Shown: piece after piece, positions 18,557 through 26,348 of the stretch
Layout: the number at the start of each line of letters is the position of its first letter
How positions within the stretch are numbered: the first letter of the stretch is position 1
DNA from: Planctomycetota bacterium
GTDB lineage: Bacteria; Planctomycetota; GCA-002687715; DRQF01
Reading direction: 5' to 3'
DNA: 46,953 nucleotides
NCBI GenBank assembly: GCA_036479435.1
Contig: JAZGFI010000195.1
Coordinates: forward strand, 1-46,953
Notes under the pieces: model-generated
Database searches by the model: none
What the model saw: only the letters and a program-made list of their open reading frames with translations
What the model was told of the DNA's origin: nothing
Program-made: the position numbers and the translations under genes

Positions 18557-20332
18557 ATGCAAAACCAGGGCACAACCCCGCGCCTCCTATTGATCTTGCT
18601 CGCGCTGGCTTGGCTTCAGCCAGCTTGCGGCGACAGAGAATCTGAGACGTCCAAGGTGCCGGGCCTTCGATCGGACGCCGCACTCGAAATCAGCAATGCG
18701 ACGGTGGGCACAAAACCGATGTCCTTCGCCGACGCGTCCAAGGCCTCGGGAATCGATTTTCGGCACGATGCGGGGATGTCGGGGCGACGCTTCGCCCCCG
18801 AGCAACTTGGCTCCGGCGGTGCTCTGTTCGATGCCGACGGCGACGGCGACCTCGATCTGTTGTGCCTAAACGGTGGTCCTTTGCCCGGCTCAGCGGCACC
18901 CAAACTGAATGTCCTTTTCCTCAACCAAGGCGATGGTATTTTTCGGCGCTCGGATGATCTCGGCGACTTAGAGGCCGGTGGTGACTACGGGGTAGGCTGC
19001 GCCGCTGCGGACGTCGACAACGACGGCGATATCGACGTCTTCGTAAGTAACTTCGGCCTCAACCATCTGTTTTTGAATGACGGCAAGGGTCGCTTTAAGC
19101 GCGTCCAACATTCGGGCTTGGAATGCGATTCATGGGGCGCGAGTGCAGCCTTCGGAGATCTCGATGGTGACGGTTTGGTGGACCTATACTTGAGCAACTA
19201 TCTTCAGTTCAAGTTAGCCGACCATGTGGACTGCTACCGCGGTACGACCCCTATCTACTGCGGTCCTCAACGATGGGAAGGCGCCCAAGATCGCGTCTAC
19301 CGCAATCTTGGCGGAGGCGTCTTTAGGGACATGAGCGATTTGGCTTTCGCCAACGCGCCCGCAGGTAAGGGACTCGGAGTGGCCCTATCCGACTTCGATC
19401 TCGACGGTGATCTTGACATCTACGTTGCCAATGACCAGACCCCGAACTTTCTCTTTCGCAACGATGGCAACTTCAATTTCGAAGCCATAGGCGACATAGC
19501 GGGCGTCCAAGTGAGCCGTGACGGTGAGTCCGAGGCGGGGATGGGCATCGCTTTTGAAGACTATGACAACGACCTGTTGCCAGACATCGCCGTCACAAAC
19601 TTCGAGGACCAGGTCAACGCGCTTTATCACAATGAAGGCGATGAGTTGTTCGAGGAAGTCGCGTGGGATGTGGGGCTCGGCTACGCAACCAGGAAAGATC
19701 TGGGGTGGGGAATCACGATGGCGGACTTTGATCTCGACGGCCGCAAAGATCTCTTCGTGGTTAACGGACATGTCTATGACAATGCCTCCAAAATCCGCGA
19801 GGGCTCGCAGTGGAAACAACGCAACCGGCTGTTTTGCGGCTTGGTCTCCGGCCAATTCAAAGAGTTTTCGGGATCAAAGACCGGGCCTTTGTCGCGTCAG
19901 CAAGCTAGCCGCGGGTTGGTTTGCGGAGATCTCGATCGCGACGGCGACGTGGATGTCATTGTCTTGAACGTTGCCGATGTCCCACAGGTCTTGATCAACC
20001 GCGTCGAAGGACGATCGCTCCGAGTTCAGGTGAAATCGAAGGAAGGCGCTTTTTGTCCCGGTGTACGCGTTCAGATCACAACGAAGTTCGGATCGCAGGT
20101 CGCCACGAGCGCTGCGGGATCGAGTTTTCTGACTTGCTCCCATGGCGACTTGGTTTTTGGCCTGGGAAGCACCAAGATCGTGGGCGAAATCACCGTCACT
20201 TGGCCCGGAGGCCATCGGCGACGGTTTCGGGACCTCGGCTCAGCCCGCGTGATACGCGTCGGACCAGTGGGGCCTCTCGAAATCTTGAGCGAAGACGGAT
20301 CGCTGCGACTCGGAACTCGAGACTCCCAATGA
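18557..20332 (+). CDS. CRTAC1-family FG-GAP repeat protein with an ASPIC/UnbV domain, probable lipoprotein
   Basis: Repeated DxDxDGDxD loops; AGMGIAFEDYDND; C-terminal GSSFL..LVFGLG..VTWPGG; QPAC lipobox-like signal. Confidence 0.9.
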   Translation: MQNQGTTPRLLLILLALAWLQPACGDRESETSKVPGLRSDAALEISNATVGTKPMSFADASKASGIDFRHDAGMSGRRFAPEQLGSGGALFDADGDGDLDLLCLNGGPLPGSAAPKLNVLFLNQGDGIFRRSDDLGDLEAGGDYGVGCAAADVDNDGDIDVFVSNFGLNHLFLNDGKGRFKRVQHSGLECDSWGASAAFGDLDGDGLVDLYLSNYLQFKLADHVDCYRGTTPIYCGPQRWEGAQDRVYRNLGGGVFRDMSDLAFANAPAGKGLGVALSDFDLDGDLDIYVANDQTPNFLFRNDGNFNFEAIGDIAGVQVSRDGESEAGMGIAFEDYDNDLLPDIAVTNFEDQVNALYHNEGDELFEEVAWDVGLGYATRKDLGWGITMADFDLDGRKDLFVVNGHVYDNASKIREGSQWKQRNRLFCGLVSGQFKEFSGSKTGPLSRQQASRGLVCGDLDRDGDVDVIVLNVADVPQVLINRVEGRSLRVQVKSKEGAFCPGVRVQITTKFGSQVATSAAGSSFLTCSHGDLVFGLGSTKIVGEITVTWPGGHRRRFRDLGSARVIRVGPVGPLEILSEDGSLRLGTRDSQ

Positions 20333-20841
20333 ACTATTTTGAACGCTGCCAGCGATTTTTTCTTGTGGCCATGCTCTTTTCCAGCCTTGCCATCGTGGCC
20401 TGCGGGCCGCGAACTTACGCGAAGCCGCCGGCGTCCCCCAAAGTCGAGGTCAAGACCGAAACGGGAGCCGACCTCGGCGCTGAAAAGGCCGTCGATCAAC
20501 CCGCCAAAGAAGCCAAGACCGAGATGAAAAAGGCCGTCTCATCGCGACCCACGGCGGAACCGCTGACCAAAGCGCCCACCGTCGATTATTCGGACAGCAA
20601 GGTTCAGCGACAGGGTGGCCGGCTGTTTCGGAAGTTGGGATGCGCTCTTTGCCACAAGACCTCTGGTGTCGAGCTCGGCATGGGCCCCAACCTAAGCGGG
20701 ATCAGCGGCCGTTTGTCGCGGGGCGAAATACGAGTTTGGGTTCGCAACCCCAAAGCCAAAAAGCCCAAAACGACGATGCCTGATTTCGAAGGAAGTACTG
20801 AAGATCTCGAGGCAATCCTCGCCTTCCTCAGCTCCCTTTAG
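20329..20841 (+). CDS. Monoheme class I cytochrome c lipoprotein
   Basis: ATGA overlap with the upstream gene; IVAC lipobox; CALCH, GPNL and distal MP motif. Confidence 0.85.
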   Translation: MNYFERCQRFFLVAMLFSSLAIVACGPRTYAKPPASPKVEVKTETGADLGAEKAVDQPAKEAKTEMKKAVSSRPTAEPLTKAPTVDYSDSKVQRQGGRLFRKLGCALCHKTSGVELGMGPNLSGISGRLSRGEIRVWVRNPKAKKPKTTMPDFEGSTEDLEAILAFLSSL

Positions 20842-20969
20842 TGAACTAATTTTGCTCTGAGAGACCAATACCGGGCCCCCACCGCGTGCTGGGGCATTCC
20901 CTCGAAAAAGAGAAACCATCAGTCTATTTGCTGGGAATGGTAGCGTCCAGCCTAGGCAATGTCTGGCAT

Positions 20970-21009
20970 GCGTCGCGGGGCTCTTCGGAGTTTCGCGGCG
21001 CTTTTTTTT
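20970..21009 (+). terminator. Rho-independent terminator
   Basis: 14-bp stem GCGTCGCGGGGCTC/GAGTTTCGCGGCGC (with G-U pairs) closing a C(UUCG)G loop, followed by T8. Confidence 0.85.
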
Positions 21010-21035
21010 GCTGCCGCTCAGTTGAGCGATGAGAA

Positions 21036-22583
21036 CTAGCGTTCAAGCAAGACGGCGAGAGCGCGACTCTTGCCCTCGCCCTGTTCAGCGACGATTCTTA
21101 CGCTCGCATTGGCCAAAATCTTGAGTTCCTCAAGGTGCTTAGCTTTCGTCAACACGAGCAGTCGATTGCGCGTGCTCAAAAGACGGACGAGGTCAGCTCC
21201 GAGGGGAAGTCGATGCCGCTTTCGATCTGCTGCGAATTCCCAAAGACTCCCACCGCCGTAGTTCGGTAAGTACTCCGCTCGATCCTGCAAGAGGTAGATC
21301 GCCGCCGAGGGTGACCGAAATCGAAAAGTCAGAACTGCCAAGCCCGACGCGGAGAAGCGCGGAGGGTCCAGCTCGGGTTCAACCCCGCGGGGAATGGCCG
21401 CTCCCACCAGCTCGTTGCGATCGAGAGACTCAAAAAGTTCTCGGTAGCTCGTGTTGTGCCCCAGCCGATCTTCGTTCGCTGAGGCGACCAACAAACCCAC
21501 CTGAACCAGAGTCAGCGTGGCGATTGCGATCCACAGCAGCCCGGCGCGCGGATGTCCACTTTTCATGGGTCGGCTCGAGACCCAGGCCGCCGCGCTTATT
21601 GCCAACATGGGCATCAAGGGCAAAAGATAGGTCCAAAGTTTCGACGATGACAGGCTGAACATCACAAAGGGCCACAAGCAGCCATGCGCAAGGATGCGAA
21701 GAGCCAGTTGCCCCCTATCGCTTTGGCTCTTGGACCAGGCCCGGCCGGCAAACGTCGCTCGCGCGACAAGATAAGTCCAAGGCAGAGTTCCCAAGAGGAG
21801 CACTGGCAAAAAGTACCACCAGGGTTTGCTCCTCCCGAGTCCGCTGGTGACGCGGCCGCCGATCTCTTTTGAGATCAGGCCATCGAAAAGACCAGCATCC
21901 AAGCGAAAAAGCGCCAAGTACCAAGACGCCCCGAGCAGCAAGAACATTGGCAGGCCCCAGGATAGTCCCAGGCCTCGGAACCCGGCGAAACCGCGGAAGC
22001 CGCCAACCAGCGCCGCGAGGACCACCAAGATCGGCACGGGGCCTTTCGTCAAGAACGCGAGGCCCAGGGCGATCCAAAACAAGAGCGCAAACATCCTCCG
22101 TCCGCCTTCGCGCCATCGGCAGTGCGCCCAGAGTGCCATCATGACCGTCGCCGCCATGATCATGTCCGTGGTCAAGATCCGTTGCATGGCGACGAAGTGA
22201 AAACTCGTCGCCAAGCCCAAGACTGCAATCACTCCTACTCGCTGGCCAAAATCCCGGCGAGCCCAATCAAAGACAAAAGCCAGTACCAAAAGCGATGCCA
22301 GCGCTCCGGGTAAACGCAAAGCCCATTCTTCAAACCCAAAGACTGCCATCGAGCCCGCCACCGCCCAGTAAGTCAGCGGAGGCTTGGCGTAATGCGGCAC
22401 GCCTTTGATCCGAGGGACGAGATAGTCGCCCGTCACCAGCATCTCGCGGGCGATCTCGCCGTAGCGCCCCTCATCTGGCTCGTTGAGCCCTCGCGAGCCC
22501 AAAGTCGCAAACAGCGACAAAACCAAAATCGCCGCCCCGACCGCCGAAGCCCACCTGCTCTTAGTTGTGGCTGGACTCATCAA
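21036..22583 (-). CDS. ArnT-family (GT83/GT39-like) glycosyltransferase
   Basis: EPDEGRYGEIAREM, KPPLTYW, RLP, LAFLTKGPV, PWWYFLP and KLWTYLLP motifs. Confidence 0.9.
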   Translation of the reverse strand: MMSPATTKSRWASAVGAAILVLSLFATLGSRGLNEPDEGRYGEIAREMLVTGDYLVPRIKGVPHYAKPPLTYWAVAGSMAVFGFEEWALRLPGALASLLVLAFVFDWARRDFGQRVGVIAVLGLATSFHFVAMQRILTTDMIMAATVMMALWAHCRWREGGRRMFALLFWIALGLAFLTKGPVPILVVLAALVGGFRGFAGFRGLGLSWGLPMFLLLGASWYLALFRLDAGLFDGLISKEIGGRVTSGLGRSKPWWYFLPVLLLGTLPWTYLVARATFAGRAWSKSQSDRGQLALRILAHGCLWPFVMFSLSSSKLWTYLLPLMPMLAISAAAWVSSRPMKSGHPRAGLLWIAIATLTLVQVGLLVASANEDRLGHNTSYRELFESLDRNELVGAAIPRGVEPELDPPRFSASGLAVLTFRFRSPSAAIYLLQDRAEYLPNYGGGSLWEFAADRKRHRLPLGADLVRLLSTRNRLLVLTKAKHLEELKILANASVRIVAEQGEGKSRALAVLLER

Positions 22584-22732
22584 TAATCCTCAAGCGACTC
22601 AACCCGACCATGAATACCAATACCGCAAAACCGGCTATACCGCGTCAGACACTATTCTCCCGGTTTTCGCAACATCGATAGCCGGCCACCTTCGAAAAGT
22701 GGGAGAATTTTGACTGACACGGTATGACTGGT

Positions 22733-23386
22733 TTAGGTTTGGGATTGAGAGTTGGCGAGGTAGCCGGTGATGTTGGCGGTGGCGAAGCTGATGCCGGAGA
22801 GGTTGCGGGCACGGGAGAGGCCGGGAAGAGAGCGAGGATAGGGGGAGGCGTACCAAAAGGTCCGGCCCTGCCATTCTTTCCTTTGGGGCTGGGCACGGTC
22901 TCGGCTCAGGTCGTCGACGACGGCGATGGCACCATCGAGCGCGCCGGGGTAAGAAGGAACACCGCCCAAGGTGGCGGGCGCCACAATCTTGGTGGGAGCA
23001 CATTTGGCGAGGACCTGGCGAAAACTCTCGGCCGCCTCAAGCCTCGGCGAACCCAAGGAGAGATTGACAAAATCGACACGTGGACTAAGCGTCAGGGCGT
23101 ACTCAAGCGCCTCGACGAGCCGGTCAGCGGAGCAACTCAGGTCTTCATCGAAGATCTTGACCGAGATCAAATGAACATTGGGGCAGAGATCGAGAATCGC
23201 CGCGGCCACGGCAGTGCCGTGACCATTCGTATCCAATTGAGATTCATCGCCATCGACAAAACCGCGCCCAAACTCCAAGGAATGGGCAGGGCTCAGGTGC
23301 GAGTGGGTGGGATTGATCCCGCTGTCTAAGATGGCGACTCGAACGGGCTGAAGTTCTCCGGCTTGAGTCAGCCTTCGAGCGTCCAC
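22733..23386 (-). CDS. qhpE: Subtilisin-like (S8) leader peptidase QhpE
   Basis: AILDSG, NGHGT and SGISFA catalytic triad; small (217 aa); no signal peptide; last gene of the qhp run. Confidence 0.85.
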   Translation of the reverse strand: MDARRLTQAGELQPVRVAILDSGINPTHSHLSPAHSLEFGRGFVDGDESQLDTNGHGTAVAAAILDLCPNVHLISVKIFDEDLSCSADRLVEALEYALTLSPRVDFVNLSLGSPRLEAAESFRQVLAKCAPTKIVAPATLGGVPSYPGALDGAIAVVDDLSRDRAQPQRKEWQGRTFWYASPYPRSLPGLSRARNLSGISFATANITGYLANSQSQT

Positions 23387-24507
23387 ACGCGACCGCTAAG
23401 GTCGCCGGGAAAGTTGACTGTCTTCAATTTGTTGAAGTTGCGATCGTAGACATCGAAGTCATTGCCAGCGCCACCGACATAGATCTTTAGCCCATCAGGC
23501 GAAATCGTGGCGAGGCTGCGGCGGGGGCGGAAGACATAGTCTTTCTCGCCGACCTTTTGGCCGGTCTCAAGGTTGTAGACGACGAGCTTCGTTTCCCGTT
23601 CATCGCTTGAGGACCGGCCGCGGCCTCCTCCGCCACCACCACCACCACCACCACCACCACCACCTTTACTGGCGACGCCCCACTTTTTGTTCTGCGAAAC
23701 TCGAAGATTCCATAGCCCAGGATCTCTGCCCCACTCGATCAAGTTCTCGAGCCGCTTCTCCTTCAGGTTGATGTCCACAATGCCCGCGATGCTGCGCTTG
23801 GTCTTAACCGGGTCTTTCATCGTGTACATCATGCGGTAACGGTCGTGATCCTTGCCGTCTAAAAAGTCCGCTCCTCGAAGGCGGATGGCTCCCATACCGC
23901 GATAAAGGGGCTTGGACAGCTCAATGATGCCGACCTCCTCGTTATCTTTTTTGGGATCGAGGATCTTTAGATCCTTGCCGAAAACGTGCCAAAACTTGCC
24001 ACAGGGCGAAATCTTGGCGCTGCGGATGGCGCGCGGCATCTTCTTCAATTTCTTCAGGATCTTCTTTTCGACGCGGTCGTAGTGCAGAAACTGATCATCT
24101 TCAATCTTGTAACGGTCAAGATTCTTCTTGATGCGGTCGAGCTGTACATACCACTCCCTGCCGCCGGGCACTTCGCGAATGGTGCCCACGCGAATGATGT
24201 AGCCTTTTTGCCCGAAGTCGTGTTCTTCGACCACCGTCATCGTGGCCCGGTCCACCACTTCGACGACCTGCTTTTTGGCGGTGATGCCGTAGAACTGTTT
24301 CCTATCCCAGCTCAAGCGCACTCCGAAATGAAGCCCGCGCTTGAATTTCGTGATCTTCACCACCTCGTCCGTTGCCGGATCGAATTTGCAGACGGCACCC
24401 GGCCACATCGGCATGTAGAAGAAGTGTTTCGCGTCCGAGGCTTCTTGCGCCGTCAAGGAGGCGACCAACAGACTAAGTACAGCGATGAGTGAAAAAGAGC
24501 TGCGCAT
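23368..24507 (-). CDS. qhpB: Quinohemoprotein amine dehydrogenase beta subunit (beta-propeller), divergent
   Basis: Signal peptide from ATG 24507; propeller blades; C-terminal ISPDGLKIYVGGAGNDFDVYD..FPGD; position between qhpC and qhpE. Confidence 0.75.
   Translation of the reverse strand: MRSSFSLIAVLSLLVASLTAQEASDAKHFFYMPMWPGAVCKFDPATDEVVKITKFKRGLHFGVRLSWDRKQFYGITAKKQVVEVVDRATMTVVEEHDFGQKGYIIRVGTIREVPGGREWYVQLDRIKKNLDRYKIEDDQFLHYDRVEKKILKKLKKMPRAIRSAKISPCGKFWHVFGKDLKILDPKKDNEEVGIIELSKPLYRGMGAIRLRGADFLDGKDHDRYRMMYTMKDPVKTKRSIAGIVDINLKEKRLENLIEWGRDPGLWNLRVSQNKKWGVASKGGGGGGGGGGGGGGRGRSSSDERETKLVVYNLETGQKVGEKDYVFRPRRSLATISPDGLKIYVGGAGNDFDVYDRNFNKLKTVNFPGDLSGRVWTLEG
23635..23664. repeat. (ACC)10 / (GGT)10 trinucleotide microsatellite inside a 14-Gly tract of qhpB
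   Basis: Ten perfect ACC units, counted directly. Confidence 0.95.
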
Positions 24508-24582
24508 TTGCAACGCTCCGGTAGCTGGCGAAGAGAAAGTGATATTCACGAGGACTTGATCTTGATTGGCGAACTCGGCGTC

Positions 24583-24903
24583 TTAGGGGAAGACGAGGTC
24601 GATGCTCTTCCAGTCGTTCATGGGTGCACCACAAGTCTCGGCCCAAGCCGGCCAATTGGTGAGCCCGTCCGGAACCTGAGCGGGCCAATAACAGGAATGG
24701 TAGCAGTCGTAGAGATCGCGCTCGATCGGCTGGCACAAACCGTAAGTTCCGCCGCTCGAATCGACTTCCCAGCCCGGCCCGAAGATCGTCGTGCACCCAA
24801 AGGGCGTCTCGTCTTCGGCCATGCCTCGCACGGTACCCTTGGCGTCTAAGGCCCAGGACTCAAGACGTTTGGCTTTTCGGTTAATCGCTTTCAAGTGTTT
24901 CAC
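24583..24903 (-). CDS. qhpC: Quinohemoprotein amine dehydrogenase gamma subunit (CTQ precursor) with leader peptide
   Basis: MKHLKAINRKA leader; GCTTIFGPGWEVD, LCQPIERDLYDC, CYWPAQVPD and DWKSIDLVFP motifs. Confidence 0.95.
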   Translation of the reverse strand: MKHLKAINRKAKRLESWALDAKGTVRGMAEDETPFGCTTIFGPGWEVDSSGGTYGLCQPIERDLYDCYHSCYWPAQVPDGLTNWPAWAETCGAPMNDWKSIDLVFP

Positions 24904-24905
24904 AA

Positions 24906-26348
24906 TTAGGCCCTCTCGTAAGCTTTGAAGAAGGAAGGGTTCTTTTCCATGATGCGCGCGTAGCTATTCAAACCGAGATCCATCCAGCCGCGAATCCAAT
25001 CGCAGTAGTGGAGGTTAGCTTTCGAGGCGTCGCCGTAGCGCACTTGTGCTTCGTGGTAGCAGCCACCGGCGCAGATCGGCCGGGCATAGCAGTTGGCGCA
25101 ATCGAGTTTGTTCGAGATGTGGCCCTTGCGCAGAAACTCGGTGCGCTTTGCCTCATCGATTCCGTCGCGCACATTGCCAACCTCGTGATCGCCGGATTCG
25201 ACGAAGCGGTGGCAAAGTCCGAGATCGCCCTCGGTCGAAACCCCGAGCAGTCCCAAGCCCGCGCCGCAAGGGTGAGCCTTGTTCGTGCCCAGATGCACCT
25301 CGCGCAGGATGTCCGACAGGTTTGAAAAACCGTGGCGTTCGCCTCGCGAGGCATGTTCGACGAACTCGCCAGCGAGAGCTGAAAACTCGTCCAGCAAGAC
25401 GCGGTAGTCGCCGCCGTCGAGGGCGTAGTCGTTTCCGGGTGCGCTTGTCACGGGAGCAAAACCAACGTCGTCAAAGCCGATGTCTTGCGTGAGATGGCGG
25501 TAGAGCTCGCGCAAGTTGGTGTCGCCGGCAGTGACCGTGACGCGAGCGCCAATGGGACGGCCGCGGCCCTTGTTCTTTGCGAGCAGCTTTTTGATTCGCG
25601 GCACGATCATGTCGTAGCTGCCGTTGCCACTTTTGAAGACGCGGTGCTTGTCGTGAGCTTGGCGGTTGCCGTCGATTGAAATACTGACGCCAAAGCCGTA
25701 CTCAACCAAGCAGTCGATCACCTCGTCGCTCAAGAGCGTCGCGTTCGTCGTCAGCGAAAAATCAACGCGCATGTTACCTTCGCGAGCGCGCTTCAGGGCG
25801 TACTCTGCCGCTTGCTTAACGGTGCCGAAGTTCAGGAGCGTCTCGCCCCCGAAAAACGTAATCGTGACTTTGGGGCGATCCTTTGCGCTATCGAATAAAA
25901 AGTCGATGGACTCACGCGCCGTTTCAGTGGACATCATCGCCTTCCGCGGGACACCCCCAGCGGCATTCGTGCCCGGCAACTTGTCCTCGCCATACTCGTA
26001 GCAGTAGGTGCACGACAGGTTGCACTTATTGGTGACGTTAAGCACCAAAGTCGCCAGCGGATAGTTCTCCGGCGGCGCATCGGAAGGCGGAGGCATGATC
26101 TCGTCAGCGGGACGGATCATGTTCATGGCGACCATGTCATTAAAGGTTTGACGGTAGTCGTCAAAGTCCTCCAACTGGTTCTTGGTTTCGAACCAAGCGT
26201 CCAGGTCAACGCCTTCGTCGGAGCCAAAGGCGTCCATGATCGCGGTTGACACCTCGTCTAGGCGCATCACGGCCGCTGAGGGCATCAGATAAGCGTAGTG
26301 GCTATCCCCTGCCTTAAAGCGACGATGGGTGACCGTTCGGAAATTCAC
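24906..26348 (-). CDS. qhpD: Radical SAM/SPASM thioether-forming maturase QhpD
   Basis: N-terminal RRE-like region; CNLSCTYC; FFGGE; CGAG..CH..CANCYARPICAGGC..C SPASM motif. Confidence 0.95.
   Translation of the reverse strand: MNFRTVTHRRFKAGDSHYAYLMPSAAVMRLDEVSTAIMDAFGSDEGVDLDAWFETKNQLEDFDDYRQTFNDMVAMNMIRPADEIMPPPSDAPPENYPLATLVLNVTNKCNLSCTYCYEYGEDKLPGTNAAGGVPRKAMMSTETARESIDFLFDSAKDRPKVTITFFGGETLLNFGTVKQAAEYALKRAREGNMRVDFSLTTNATLLSDEVIDCLVEYGFGVSISIDGNRQAHDKHRVFKSGNGSYDMIVPRIKKLLAKNKGRGRPIGARVTVTAGDTNLRELYRHLTQDIGFDDVGFAPVTSAPGNDYALDGGDYRVLLDEFSALAGEFVEHASRGERHGFSNLSDILREVHLGTNKAHPCGAGLGLLGVSTEGDLGLCHRFVESGDHEVGNVRDGIDEAKRTEFLRKGHISNKLDCANCYARPICAGGCYHEAQVRYGDASKANLHYCDWIRGWMDLGLNSYARIMEKNPSFFKAYERA

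Noticed and set aside
18800..19960. Recurrent GACGGCGAC-like DNA repeats as a CRISPR or tandem array
   Set aside because: They encode FG-GAP DxDxDG loops; there is no constant repeat-spacer period and no cas gene.
19921..20328. N-terminal extension of the cytochrome c ORF
   Set aside because: It overlaps the CRTAC1 gene in another frame; the real start is the ATG at 20329 with a lipoprotein signal.
21036..22583. ArnT-like gene as a qhp tailoring enzyme or a polymyxin-resistance arnT
   Set aside because: It is separated from qhpE by ~150 nt, no arn sugar-pathway genes are present, and the substrate cannot be inferred from sequence.
22733..26348. Novel RiPP cluster (Cys-rich precursor, rSAM/SPASM enzyme, S8 protease)
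   Set aside because: The peptide is clearly the QHNDH gamma subunit, flanked by alpha and beta subunit genes. Only its variant features are reported.
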